This document shows positions 37,340-49,500 of a DNA stretch of 64,000 nt, piece by piece. The stretch spans positions 8,618,001-8,682,000 of the forward strand of contig NC_087437.1 of the NCBI RefSeq assembly GCF_036321535.1, given 5' to 3'. The stretch comes from Camelus dromedarius (taxonomy: Eukaryota). Both the position numbers and the translations under genes were made by a program. Every line of letters starts with the position of its first letter. The first letter of the stretch is position 1. Under the pieces are notes generated by a model. The model ran no database searches and was not told where the DNA came from. It saw only the letters and a list, made by a program, of their open reading frames with translations.

Positions 37340-37655
37340 GGGCTGACAAACTGCAGCCTGCAAGCCAAAACTGGCCTGTTGCCCCTTTTTTTCCTCTTTC
37401 AAAAAAGTTTTATTGGAGCGCAGCCACATTTTTTCATTTAGGAATTGTTCATGGCTTTTTCACATTACAAGGGCAGATTTGAATTGTCACAGAGATTATA
37501 TGGCTTGCAAAGACACATATATTTCCTACCTGGACCTTTTATATCTTCTCATTTCTGCCCCTGACAACATGTAAACAAGAGAGATGGACAGTTTTCCAAT
37601 GAAACTTTATTTACAAAAGCTGAAAGCGGACCAGATTTGGCCGATCCTTGGTAAA
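37340..37655. mobile_element. MER58-like hAT pieces (second piece inverted)
   Basis: ggggctgacaaactgcagcctgcaagccaaaactggcc..aaagttttattggagcgcagccac; inverted ttccaatgaaactttatttacaaaagc. Confidence 0.75.
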
Positions 37656-40600
37656 TTGGAAAAAGCAGGTACTTTAGAGTTGGACAAACCAGCTGAGACC
37701 TAGGAAGCAGTATTTGATCTCTCTGAACCCACGTTTGCATACCATAGAACATGGATATATCAATGTTTATCTCATGATTATCCTGAGGATAAAATAAAAA
37801 AATGTATGATCAGGAACTAGAACATACGAGATCCTCTCTGAGTGTTTGTGAGCGCCTCACGCCCATAGGCTGTCAAAAAGTTACAGTTAAAATGTAGGAA
37901 AATATCACCTTCACCAAACACTATGGGAGGTGTTTGTCTCAGAAAACAAGACAGAGAGAAAAGCTTTAATTTAAATTCTTTGAAACCATGCTTTGATGTA
38001 AATTTTTGAAACCATATAAGGACTTTATATCTCTTTGATATGATAGACTTTTAATTTAACCCTCAATTTTGAAGAATATATATGCTTTTTAAGATACATT
38101 TCATGCTCTTAAATACCCAAGAATTTAATGTAGTTTGTCTTCCATGTTTCTCAGTGTTCAGACATATCTCTGCCACATCACTGAACCAAGTATTCCTACA
38201 ATCACTTCTAAAATTTTAGCATCCAGGTCCAAAAGCTGGAAAAGCATTTGTATGCACATTTTGAACCAGTGAAAAATGAATGTGTTATAAGCCAATGATG
38301 CCCTTGGGCCACTGCAGGACAGTTGGTCCTGAGCATCATTCATCACCAAACTTTGAGTGTGGGATTGTGGGATATTCTAGTTATACTAGATTTGATAATA
38401 ATAATAAAAGAAGAAAAAAAGCCCTTTGCTTCCGTTCATAGTCTATTTCCTCCTCCAAGTACAGTAGTGTTTACTTCCTTTATCTCCATGAAAATCAAAA
38501 ACATCTGGTGCAAAAATAAAACTTACTTAGAGCATCAGGAGACAGCTGGGAACTTCCGAGACAAACCAGAGTTTCAGGGTCAGCTGAAGTCCTCCTTCAG
38601 GTTTGTGTATAAACTTGAACAAATAACTTGACTTCTCTGGTCTTCTGTTTCCTCCCGTATAGTGGGAATAAAATGCCCACTAACAGTGTTACTGTAAATA
38701 TTAATGATATACCAAACACAAATGGCTACGTTGTGATTGCTGGGGCTTCAGTACATTTAATTCTTCCCCAGCAAGTGTGTTATTTTAGACTACAGGGTAC
38801 AGAGCTGTGATTCTCAAGCTGTAATATGCGACGACCAGAAAGCACACCACGATGCTAGCAACAACCGAAGGTCAGACAGTATCAATTTTATTCAAAAGTG
38901 TCATTAGAAAGTTTAGAAATAATCTAGAAGAAGTGTAAAATGCCTTCATGTTGGAAACATAGTCTTCATTTGGAGGACCATGTGAAATGAATGGACACTT
39001 TAAAAATAATGTTTAAACTCCAAAGAAATAAAATAGATCGTTGTGACTGATGGGCGGCCTCTCCTCTGGTGTAGGGTCCCTCAGTGGAAATGATACACGA
39101 AGCTCTGGGAGAAAGGATGTGAGATTTGGAGTCTGAAAATGGAAGCTTGAGCCCTGGCTCTACTGGTTCCTTGTTTTGAGACTTTGAGTGAGTTACTTAA
39201 TCTCCCCAACTCTCAGTCTCTTCGTCTGTAGTGTGGGAATCATATGCACCTACTAGGTGGCCTGAGGATAAATAAGATTATGTGAAGTCTTATCAGAGTG
39301 AATTTCTGAAATTTTTGCGAACAGTAGAATAGTCCAAAGGTGTACATTTTGTTGCAATCAGCTGGTGAGTCCTCTATTTTTACCAGTAAAATGGGCTAAG
39401 CAGTCAGACTCACGGGAAGCCTTCATCTCTGAGGAGATTGTTCTGTGCTTGAAGGCATATATTTTAACCCCCTAAAGTTTATTTATTTATTTATTTTTTA
39501 GTTGATCATAGATCAAATTAAACCTCTCTTGATTTCCCCATTTGCAAAATGAAGATAGGAATTACCTCAACAATTGTTCTGAGAATTAAAAGGACCCAAA
39601 GCCTATGAGATTATCCTCCAGGGGCTTAAAGATGGGAGCCTTAAAACTGTGAATTCCTTCCCTTTTTTCCCCTCTCCTTAAGTACTCTTTTCCAAATTTC
39701 GTCCAACTTTAAGAAAAATTTTTGGAGTCTAAATTCTGTTATAATGGATTTTGGCGGCAGCCCGGGGAACTTGTTTCTGAGTGATGGGGCCTTAAAAAAA
39801 AAATCTTGTTAAGAAATTGTATACTCCCCAATTTCCCCAATTGCTTTGGAGAGTTTTCTCCGATGAGCTCTTTCATGAGAATATAGAAAAGGGGATTATA
39901 GGAAAAACATTAAACAATTAAATCCAAACCCTTCATGGTGCTTAGAAACATTTTTCTCGGATTGAGAATTCTGAGTATTTGAAGCTTACACTCTGTTTAC
40001 AAGGTCACTAGGTTCCTGTTTACTTTTATTTTTAAAATGCATGTCATGAATTTTTAGCAGTCTTCAAATACAGCATTTTCAGGTTACCCATTAATGAAAT
40101 ATCTTCATTTGTTCTTTAATTTACATTACATTATGACTAGAGTTTAAATTTGTAAACAGCACCTGCTAACAAATTTTTTGCAGGCCCAGCTGGAAGAGCG
40201 ACTTTTTAGATTTTTTGTACCAAGCACACATGTCAATTGAAGGTGACTGGCAATCGTTTCCATTACACATTTGTAGAAGTGGTTCCTTCTTTTTTCTTCA
40301 GGCTAAAATATGTCGAATACTTACCAGATGCTGGATACTAAACCAAGTGCATTTCTTGTATTTTGTTATTTGATTCCTCACGACAACCCCTGAATAGATG
40401 TGGTTATATAACTTTTTCTTTACAGTTTTGCCAAAGGAAACCGGGCTTCAGAAAAGCAGTGTTAAGGAAATGAAGTCTACCTATCTTGTTAAAGCGAGGG
40501 ACTACATCTTGCCACTGTAGGCAAATTCTTCAGGTCAAGTTCTTCAATTAGCCTCCATTATACTCCCCTCCCCCAGCTCGTAATTCCTATAATTCAAAAT

Positions 40601-40964
40601 ATGGAAAAACCAGCCTGGATCTCAACACTTTCCAATGAGGTGTGGCAGCCTAAGGCAAGACACCAGACCGAGTTTCAGGAGTTTAGAGGAGGAATCACAT
40701 CTCTTTAGACTGTGTTACAGCAAAGGCAGGGAGCTGTACCACATGTATCTCCTACTGTGTGCAACCACGTCCCATCAAAAATGAGTTGACTGTACTCTAG
40801 GTCCTAAAATCTGAAAGGAGCTTGGTTTCAGTGAGGCCACTGCCTTCCAGCCTAGAATCTCTCCAACTCTGCCCTCTTAAAGGGACAACGGGAGAAAAGC
40901 CACGAAAGCTCTCCACTCTCCACTCCCAGTTACTACCTTCTTATCTCAGGTTTAGAGACGCCTA

Positions 40965-42890
40965 TTAACAGACAGTAAAATGCGTCTCTTTCCGTGCATA
41001 GATCAAATGAGTTTTAACGAACAAGTACGAGTTACACCACTGTGTAGTGTTTACCACAATCAAGATTCAGAATATTCCCACTGGCTCTTGGAGTTTTCTT
41101 TTGCCCTTCCGTAGTCAGTCCCCAACTCCAGTCCCAGCCCCTGGAAACTACCAATCCAATTTCTGTCCCTAGAATTTGGCCTTTTGCAAAAACTTACGTA
41201 AATGGAATCATATAGTATGTCTTCTTTGTGGCTAGATTCTTTTTTTTTTTTTTCTTTTTGGATTCTTTCATTTAGCAAAATCCTTTTGAGGTTTAGTTAA
41301 GTAGTTACACATATCAGTAGTTCTTTGTCCCTAATGCAGTTTTATTCCACTGTACAGATGTAAAACTGTTTATCCGTTTATTAGTTGAATGCCCAGCTGG
41401 ATTATCAACTTACTGTAGAGGGCGTTTAACTCTATAAAGAAATGTCAAACAGTTTCCTGAAGAGATGGTACTCTTTGCTCTCCCACGAGCAACAAATGAA
41501 AGCTTTAGCTGATTCACATTCTCATCAGCACTTGATCGTGTCAGGCTTTGGTTTTTGTTCTGTTTTGATTTTTTAGCCATTTTCAGAGGTATGAGTGGTA
41601 ATGCATTGTGGTTTCAATTTGCAATCCCATTGTAGTGGAACATATTTTCTTGTAGTTATTTGCTTCTTTGTAAAATGTTTGTCAACTCTTTTGTTATGTA
41701 TTTATTTATTATTTTTGAGTTGTGAGAGTTCGTACTTCAATAAAAAATTTTAAAAAATAGAGTTCTTTACATATTCTGGATACAAGCTCTTTATCAGATA
41801 CATTGTTGAAAATAATTTTTCTCAGTTTATAGATTTTTTTTAAATTTTAGATTCCTTAACGGTATCTTTCAAAGAGCAGAAGGCCTTGATGTGAGGATGC
41901 ACTACATACTGGGATTGTATTGAATCTATAGATCAGTTTGGCTGTTGATATCTGAACAGTATTGGCTGTTCAGGTTTATAAACCTGGTAGATCACGCTGT
42001 TTGTTTAGATTTCCTTCGATTTCCCTCATAAATGTTTTGTAATTTTCAGCATATAAATCTTCCACATACATGTTTGATTTACCCATAAACACTTATTTTT
42101 TGATGGTATTATAAATGGTTCTGGCTTTTAAGCTTTAATTTCAGATGTTCCTTGATAGTATACGGCCACGCATTAAATCTTTCTGTCTGTATTGTGTTGT
42201 GTTTGTACTGAACTTTTATCCTACTAAACTTCTGGTTAGGTCTAAAGGCTTTTCTTGTAGATTCTTTGAGATTTTCTACCTAAACAATCATGTTGTCTGC
42301 AAATAGAGACAGTTTTAATTCCTCCTTCCCACCTGAATGCCTTTTGTGTCTTTTTCTCGCTTTATTGTTCTGACTGGGTGGGACTTCAGCATGAGATTAA
42401 CTGGAAGTCAGATTAGGCATCTTTGACCTATCCCTGATCTTAGTAGGGAAATAACTCAAAATAATTCAATCTTTCACATTAAGTATGAAGTTAGTTGTAG
42501 ATTTTATGTAAAGCCTTTTTATCAGGTTAAATTCTTTTTTGATCCTACTTAGAGTTTTCACCATGAATTGTTGTTGAATTTTGTTGAATGATTTTTTTTC
42601 TGCATCTATTGAGATTATCAAATATTTGGTTTTTTTTAAAATATTATGTTGATAAGGTAGATTATGCTTACTAATTTTCCAGTGTTGAACTCCACTTGTC
42701 ATGAGGTATTGTTTTTTATATATCGCAGTATTTAATTTGCTAATTTTAAAAGGATTCCTACATGTTGACGGGAACAATTGGTGTGTAGTTATTTTTGCAC
42801 AACAGTTGATGTGTAGTTACTTTTCCTTGTGATATCTTGGTCTGTTTTTTGTGTCAGAGAAATGTTAGCCTTATAAAATGAGCCAGGAGG
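40965..42890 (-). mobile_element. Old L1 (ORF2 RT to 3'UTR)
   Basis: ORF 42466-42777 contains YLIISIDAEKKSFNKIQQQFMVKTL (L1 RT domain). Confidence 0.9.
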
Positions 42891-43659
42891 TGTACTAGGA
42901 AAATTAAGATTGAACTCTGTCAACTGACTTGGACTTTCTTTCCTCATTTTTTCTTATTTGGTAAGTTGGTTATTATTTTTACTACTTTTTTTTTTTTTTT
43001 TGCCATGATCTAGATTATAAGCCAGGAGAGGAGATAAGAACAAGGAGGTCTTTGCAAGATCATCTATGATTTGGCAAAATAAACATCTCCAAACAGTGGA
43101 TAAGGTTTGTAATGCCAGAAGAAAAAAGTAGAGGGAGTGGAATATTTTGATTTTCAATATGAAAAAAATAGTGAAGATGCAGATACGCATTAGTGATTCT
43201 CTCCTTTTTTGCTTTAGCAGTGTGCGGGTGGAGGACTTTGAACCTCTCATCAAGACCACTGACAAGAAGTATTCCCTATGGTAAAAAGTAGACATGACTT
43301 ACTGAGTAAGAGCTGGGGAATTGATTCAGATACAACGGTGTCTTGCTCTTTAAAATTTACTCAGACCTCAGTTATGGCGATCACAATTCAGGAAGGCTCC
43401 AACTGGGAAGACGTTCTGGGGGCTTGTCCAAGACCCACTATCAGGAAATCCTCTGAAATATTGTCACAATACTGCCGTGACATTTTAGGGAAAACTTTAA
43501 TGTGGTCCTTAGAAACAAAATGATGTTTCAGACTTCTAAGTTAGTTGCATTCACTTCTCCCCAGAGGAGAAGGAAGAGTTTTGGCAATTATGGGAGGAAG
43601 CTATGTCTGTGGCCACAACGGCCGTTCATGTGTAAGGATAACTTAGAAGCTGGTGCCGG

Positions 43660-45200
43660 GTGCTGGTCAGTGATTTGGAAAAAAGTAAAACAAGGTTGGT
43701 GGCCTGGAGTGTCATGGAGGTTGGTGCTCTGTAGTATAAGGTGGCGGAGGAAGGCCTTTCCGGTAAGTGAATGCTTGAGCAGAGATTCTGAAAAGGGGAG
43801 GAGCATGCATTCAGAGACCTGGCAGAAGAGCCTTCCAGGCAGAAAGTTTAGCAAGTGGAAATGCTCTGAATTAGCAGCTCGCTTGGCTTATCTGAGGAGC
43901 ATAAAAGAGACAGGGGCTAAATGTGAGGGTTTGAGATTTGCAAATGTTAACCGCTACATCTAAAAATAGATAAAAAACAAATTTCTTCTGTCTGGCACAA
44001 CTGTATTCAATATCTTGTAATAACCTTTAATGAGAAAGAATATGAAAGTGAAAATATATGTATGTATGTGCATGACTGGGACTCTGTGCTGTACACCAGA
44101 AATTGACACATTGTAACTGACTATGCTTCAATTAAGAGAGAGAGAAAGAGAAAGAGAGAGGGGCTGGAGCTAAAGGAATGAGAAGGAAGCAGCAGCAGGT
44201 GAGGACAGCAAGGTCCTAGGGGCCGGATCCTATAAAGCCTTGTTGACTGTAGTAAGGACTTGGGATTTTACTCTGAATGAGATTGGAAGCCTTTGAAACC
44301 TCTTAAGTAAAGGAGTACATGGACTGTCTCACATTTAAAGGAGATCAATCTGTCTGCTGCAAAGACAGACTAGCAGGCAAGGTTGGAAACCTGGAGATAA
44401 GTTAGCAGGCTATTACCGTGTTCATAAAAAAGAGCTTCACTCAACGACTTAATATATGTTCTATAATAAAATTGATGTGCTTTTGTAGGGTTTTGTTTTG
44501 AGGTTGGTTTTGTTTAGTCTTTATAATGGTGGGAATGTCTGAATAGCCCATTAAGACGTCTATGGCTTTTTAAGGAAAAATATGAAATCATCCATTGAAT
44601 CATTAAATCAATGATGTAAACAAAGGTTTTCACAAAATATTGTAAGCACTTTTCTTTTCTTCGAGAATATGAGTGGCTCCCATTTTTATCTTATGTTCAT
44701 CAGTGATAGTCAATAATTACACATTTCACAAAAGAGTAATATGGAAACATTTTAACTTATTTTGAAAGAAACACTTTGAGTAATAAAGTATCATGGTATT
44801 TGTGCAAAAATAAAATTAATTCTTCACAGATCAAAAATAAATAAATCAACTAGAGATGATGGTGGTCTAGGCCCAGGGAGGAGTGATGGAAAGTGTTTGG
44901 CATCCGGGTTTATTTGAAAATTAGAGCCAACTAGATTCAGAGATAATTTGCCATAGCGGGAAAGGGCAGGAACAAAGATAACTCTAAGGTGTTTGTGCTG
45001 ATCATCAGGAAGAGAGGCGCTGTTAAGTCCTGAAGTGGGAAGGACTGAGGTAGAGCTGGTTTTGGCGCGGGTACCACCAGTCTGGTTTTGAATACAGATG
45101 ACTGAACTGCTCATTAGCTATTGATGACTGTTGGATATCTGAGTCCGGGAAGTAAGGGCCAAGTTGGATCGGATCGACAAATTTGGGAGTTGACATCCAT
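43660..45200 (-). mobile_element. L2 fragments, with a young plus-strand L1 3' end inserted at ~43919-44150
   Basis: L2 purine-rich motifs; L1 TSD aaagagacaggggct/aaagagagaggggct. The unique gap at ~44440-44830 is not repeat. Confidence 0.7.
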
Positions 45201-45384
45201 ATAGATGGAACGGAAGAAGGAGGGAGAAGAACGAAGTATAAATCTCAGTGAGAGCCCCAACTGTCCCCCATTCATTCTTTGCACCCCAAAATCCCAGTAA
45301 TGGCTGAAGATGCCAGGTGAACACAAACAGGTGAAGCTGACATAAACCAGGATGACAGTCTTTGTTTCTCCTCCTGGAGCTTAG

Positions 45385-45552
45385 TTTCCTAAGGGTGCGT
45401 GAGCAAAGTCACTCCATGACTTTGGGCTTCTTTTCAGCCTGCAATCCAGACACCTCTGGGAGTTGTTGTGAATCTCAGTTTATTAATATTTGCAAAAGTG
45501 CTCTCAGGTCCTTTGTTGAAAGGCATTCTAGAGAAGCAGAGGGTTATTATTA
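45385..45552 (+). mobile_element. Very old amniote-type MIR/CORE-SINE fragment (MIR1_Amn or LF-SINE-like 3' tail)
   Basis: gttgttgtgaat..ttaatatttgcaaaagtgctctcaggtcctttgttgaaaggcattctag..ttattatt resembles the 'gtaaagcgctttgagatcct..gatgaaaggcgctat' tail of ancient SINEs. Confidence 0.5.
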
Positions 45553-45559
45553 AGGATGA

Positions 45560-45960
45560 CATTTGCTCATTGTGATTAAAAATGACAAAATGAAATTTCA
45601 AGTGCAGGAGTCAATACTGCAGTTTAATGTGTAAAGGTGTCTTTGCCCATCAACGCTCAGCCAAATGAGGTCCGTCTGTATTACAGAGATTTTTCTAGTT
45701 TGCTTTCAAATGAGGATTGGTTTTTCAAGTGGGGATTGAATGTAAGCAGACATCATCAGAGGCCAAAAATATACCGTTTCAGCTAATTGCATCCGTTTGC
45801 TCAATGTTTTTTTTCTCCCCCCTTTAATTTACCACAGGCTGCAAATGGAGCCCAGAGAACTGGGCATTGAGGCTGCATCCACATGGTTTTATTTACCATT
45901 GCACACAGAATTTTATGGGGCTATAAAATAAACAGATTTCAGCTGGAGCAATTAGAACAG
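45560..45960. promoter_or_regulatory. Candidate conserved non-coding element
   Basis: Repeat-free block rich in homeodomain/SOX-like motifs (CATTGTGATTAA, CTAATTG, TTTAATTTAC, TTTATGG), next to an ancient SINE tail. Confidence 0.4.
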
Positions 45961-46529
45961 TACCTTCTAAGGCCACTGTGGGAATTAGCGCATACCCATG
46001 GGCTCTTCCCACAAGAAGCCTGTATTATGCAGGGAGCAGATGGGGAAGGAGCTTCAGGGGAATGGCAGGGAGTTCTTACCCACGTTTCTATTGCTCTCTC
46101 AGAACACGCTGTTTGTAAACCCCAGCTGAAACTGGTTGTAGGCCACACTGTAATCAAGGATGGGCTGACATGCTTGGGATGAGAAGTACCCTCAGCCTAC
46201 AGTATGTTGGAGGGAGAACTGAACTGAACCTGCTTTTGGATGGAGATTGGGGAGTGAAACAGACTTTACAGAAAATCCATTGGCTGAATTTTGAGTTTCT
46301 TTTTCTGTCTTTTTTAACCTGTGAAGGCAAATTTTCCCACGTGTTTCAATCTGCAGTGTAGCATAAGGAAAAAGGGCTAGAAGACAGTGTCACGCACATG
46401 GTTCAAAACCTATGGCAGTGGTTTTGAAGTATGTGCTCCTCGTTCTAGCATCACCACTTAATGCCTAAACATCCTGGAGAAAATTTCACTGCAGTGCTCT
46501 TGGCTCAAGTCAGTTGTTACCAGTGACTT

Positions 46530-46607
46530 TGTTTTTATTGAATTGTAGTCAATTTACAATGTTGTGTTAGTTTCTGGGGTACAGCATAGTGATTCAGTTA
46601 TATATCA

Positions 46608-46665
<58 letters not shown>

Positions 46666-47202
46666 CTTTTCATATTATTTTTCATTATAGGCTATTATAA
46701 GATACTGAATATAGTTCCCTGTGCTACACAGTAGGACCTTGGTGTTTATCTATTTTTATATATAGTTGTTATTGAACTCCCAACTTATCCCTTCCCACCT
46801 CCTTGCCCTCTCTGGTAAAACTGTAAGTTTGTTTTCTAGGTTTGTGAGTCTGTCTCTGTTTTGTAAATAAGTTCATTTGTAACTTTTTTTTAGGTTCCAC
46901 CTATATCCTATGGTATTTTTCCTTTTTTTTCTGGCTTACTTCACATGGATGACAATCTCCAGGTCCATCCATGTTGCTGCAAAGGGCATTATTTCATTCA
47001 TTTTTTATGGCTGAGTAGTATTCCATTGTATAAATATACCACAACTTCTTTATCTAATCATCTGTTGATGGAAATTTATTTTGCTTCCATGTCTTGGCTG
47101 TTGTAAATAGTGCTGCTGTGAACATTGGGGTGCATGTATCTTTTCCAATTAGAGTTTCCTCTGGATATATGCCCAGGAGTGGGATTGCTGGGTCACAGGG
47201 TA
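46530..47202 (-). mobile_element. Young L1 3' end with internal (TA)n
   Basis: TSD accagtgactt (46519-46529) / accagtgcctt (47203-47213). Confidence 0.92.
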
Positions 47203-48684
47203 ACCAGTGCCTTCAGAGTGTGACCTTCCTCTCTCACAGTTGTAGCACCGCATCCATGTGTATCAAGAGAGCATCGTGAGTCAGAGCTAGGAGCCACCCT
47301 TCCTCACCTCCACACACAGCCAAGAGGAAATGACTACTCAGTAACTTTTGAACCTCTCACCCAGATCAAGAATTAAAACAAAGATCTTCCAGAGATCTGG
47401 TGGGATTGAAAAAGAGATTTCTTGGAGGAGAGATATCACTGACTCTGGAATTCCCACTGTGCCTGAGGACCTTAGAACCACATACCGAGTGGCTCTCAAC
47501 TCAGAGGGCACGGACAGCAGCATGTCCAGCGGTTGCTGGATTTCCATCTGCAAGAACAGAAACAGATTGTGGGGTGGGATCTGGCCGGATCATGAATCCC
47601 TAGAGGAAGATGTGGGCTCTGGTTGGTGTTGCAATTGTCCTGCCTTCCCAGAGTGTGTTTAGGCTAAGCATGGTACATATTTCTGGGGACCACAGGCCTA
47701 TGAGAAAGAGAGAGAGAGAGAGAGCCTGTGAAGAACGTATTCAGTTCTGTCCAATATGGTGGCTGTGGAGGGCAAAGGAGACCTCAGCAGAAAAAGGATG
47801 GAGGTGTCCCACCGGGTGCCCAGTAGAGGGGAAAACGACAGGAAAGATCTGATTTAGAAACTCTCTTCAGAAAGTTCCACTGCAGGGCCCCTCTCTCCTG
47901 CATTTTCCTAACTCTAGGTCAAGGACCACCAGAATAGAGATGCCTAGGAAAATGTGCAAGAGTACCCAGACATGTCATGTTCTTGCGGGAGCTGGGCCAT
48001 CCCGAGGCCAGGGAGATTATCCCTACTGAATTTTAAGGAACTGGTGAGAGAGATGAGTAAAGGTGATTTTTGTCACATTCCATTTGTCTTATTTGTTTGA
48101 CACAAATACTTTATGTGTGAAATGGGGTCGAAGTCAGTGCAATTGAGTTAAATCAAACAAGCATTTATTGAGTGCCCTTAATGTACAAACTCCCAGGAGA
48201 TACAGAGGTGAGCAAGGTAGTTTCCCTTCTCAAGGATGTAATATCTAACCTACTTAAATTGTGGAAAGTTACTGAGGGATGAAATGACCCATAGATGTTT
48301 CCTTCACTGCGCTGTGCTCTTTACCTCTGCTCTTCTATAGAACAGACGACGTGAATATTTACTGCTCATGGCCCTTGTACATTGTCGTGTCTCTGTGTGG
48401 ACGTCTCCTCTCCCTTAGTCAGCCTTGGGCCCATTTCCGTCAGCTCTATGCTTGCCCTTCTCTTGCTCTGTTCTGTGTGATGGGGGCCTGATTCCTACAG
48501 GTTGCATTTCCTCAGCTTCCCATTGAGGGGGACCAATGGCAGATGCTCTTAGAATATTGTGGGAGATGGTGGGGGTTATTGGGAGAGAGAGAAACCACTG
48601 GTACTTTTTATATAAAACTTGCTTTCCTCATTCAATGGAAATTAATAATCTCCTAGAAAACGAAGACAGGCTTACTCATGTATT

Positions 48685-49500
48685 CAGGGCTGGCTACATC
48701 ATTTTTAGGACCCAATGCAAAACAAAAATGTAAAGATTCTTGTTCTAAAATCAGGAAAACAGTGTCATCCTTTCTTTTACCTTCTCACTCTTTACCTCTC
48801 ATGGTATATATATTTTTAATTTGCTATTTAGTATTATGATCCCTTTGGTACAAGGATACTTAGAGGCAAGTGTAGACCCTTACAGGCACCAAGGACCCTA
48901 GTCAGTATGCACATTTGGGACCAGCAGGCTGGTTCCCTCTCCTGCCAGTTGCTAGACCAATGTTTCTGAAAGTTGAACCAGGCATCCACCCTCCCCACAG
49001 GCTTGCTGCCTTAACCAGCAGTGGACAGATGACCCTCCAAGAGCATTTCAACAGCTGCATCAGAATGTACTAAGTAGGCTGGCTCCCAGAAAGTTGCTTG
49101 TCTAAAGCACTGTGGTGTTGACATCTCAGGGGTCACTGCCATGTCCACCCTGAGATGTTCTGGGGCAAGTGCCCAACACTGACCCTTTCCATGCTCAAGC
49201 CCAAGCCCCCAGCAGTGGTGGAGAGTGGCAGTGGAATGAGAAGGGGGCAGCCCAGGATACTAGAGCACAATTGGTGGCCAAAAACCCAACCCAGGGAGGT
49301 GGCTGGAGGTTGGACCACACGTGAGCTGAATCTCTGGGTCCCTAGTGTTTGCTTCATTGTCCCATTGTACTTTGCTTCTAAAACACACATTTAAAGATAC
49401 AATTATTGAGAATTTCAGGACAGTGACTGAGGGGCATTAAATCCCAATTTCAGGACCCAATGTAACTGCAAATGACCACGTGCCCATGATGTGGGCCCTG
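48685..49500 (+). mobile_element. MER45-like hAT-Tip100 element
   Basis: Terminal inverted ends cagggc../..gccctg; partial TSD catgtatt/catgtgtg. Confidence 0.75.

Larger units (their letters stand above)
33540..44800 (-). pseudogene. Decayed LRR array (TLR-like unit 1) with an ambiguous hydrophobic/TIR-like or signal/LRRNT segment at 33540-34545
   Basis: LRSLKHHFVSKDHIKVFPKM (43481-43540), ASLKPSSFQILG (~40.82 kb), SLMGNLKMLYLK (40062-40097), CFSYNPLFYI (39880-39909), KEVNTTVLGGGNRL*TEAKGFF (~38.42-38.48 kb), REMKAGANP (ORF 36576-36791), TLRVLMIG*NN (35134-35166), LKALDLTG (34978-35001). Then MLLPILWVRLLIFSSF..*DAIVFCRE*LLSNSSQALCLQ (34545-34405). The upper boundary is uncertain. Confidence 0.62.
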
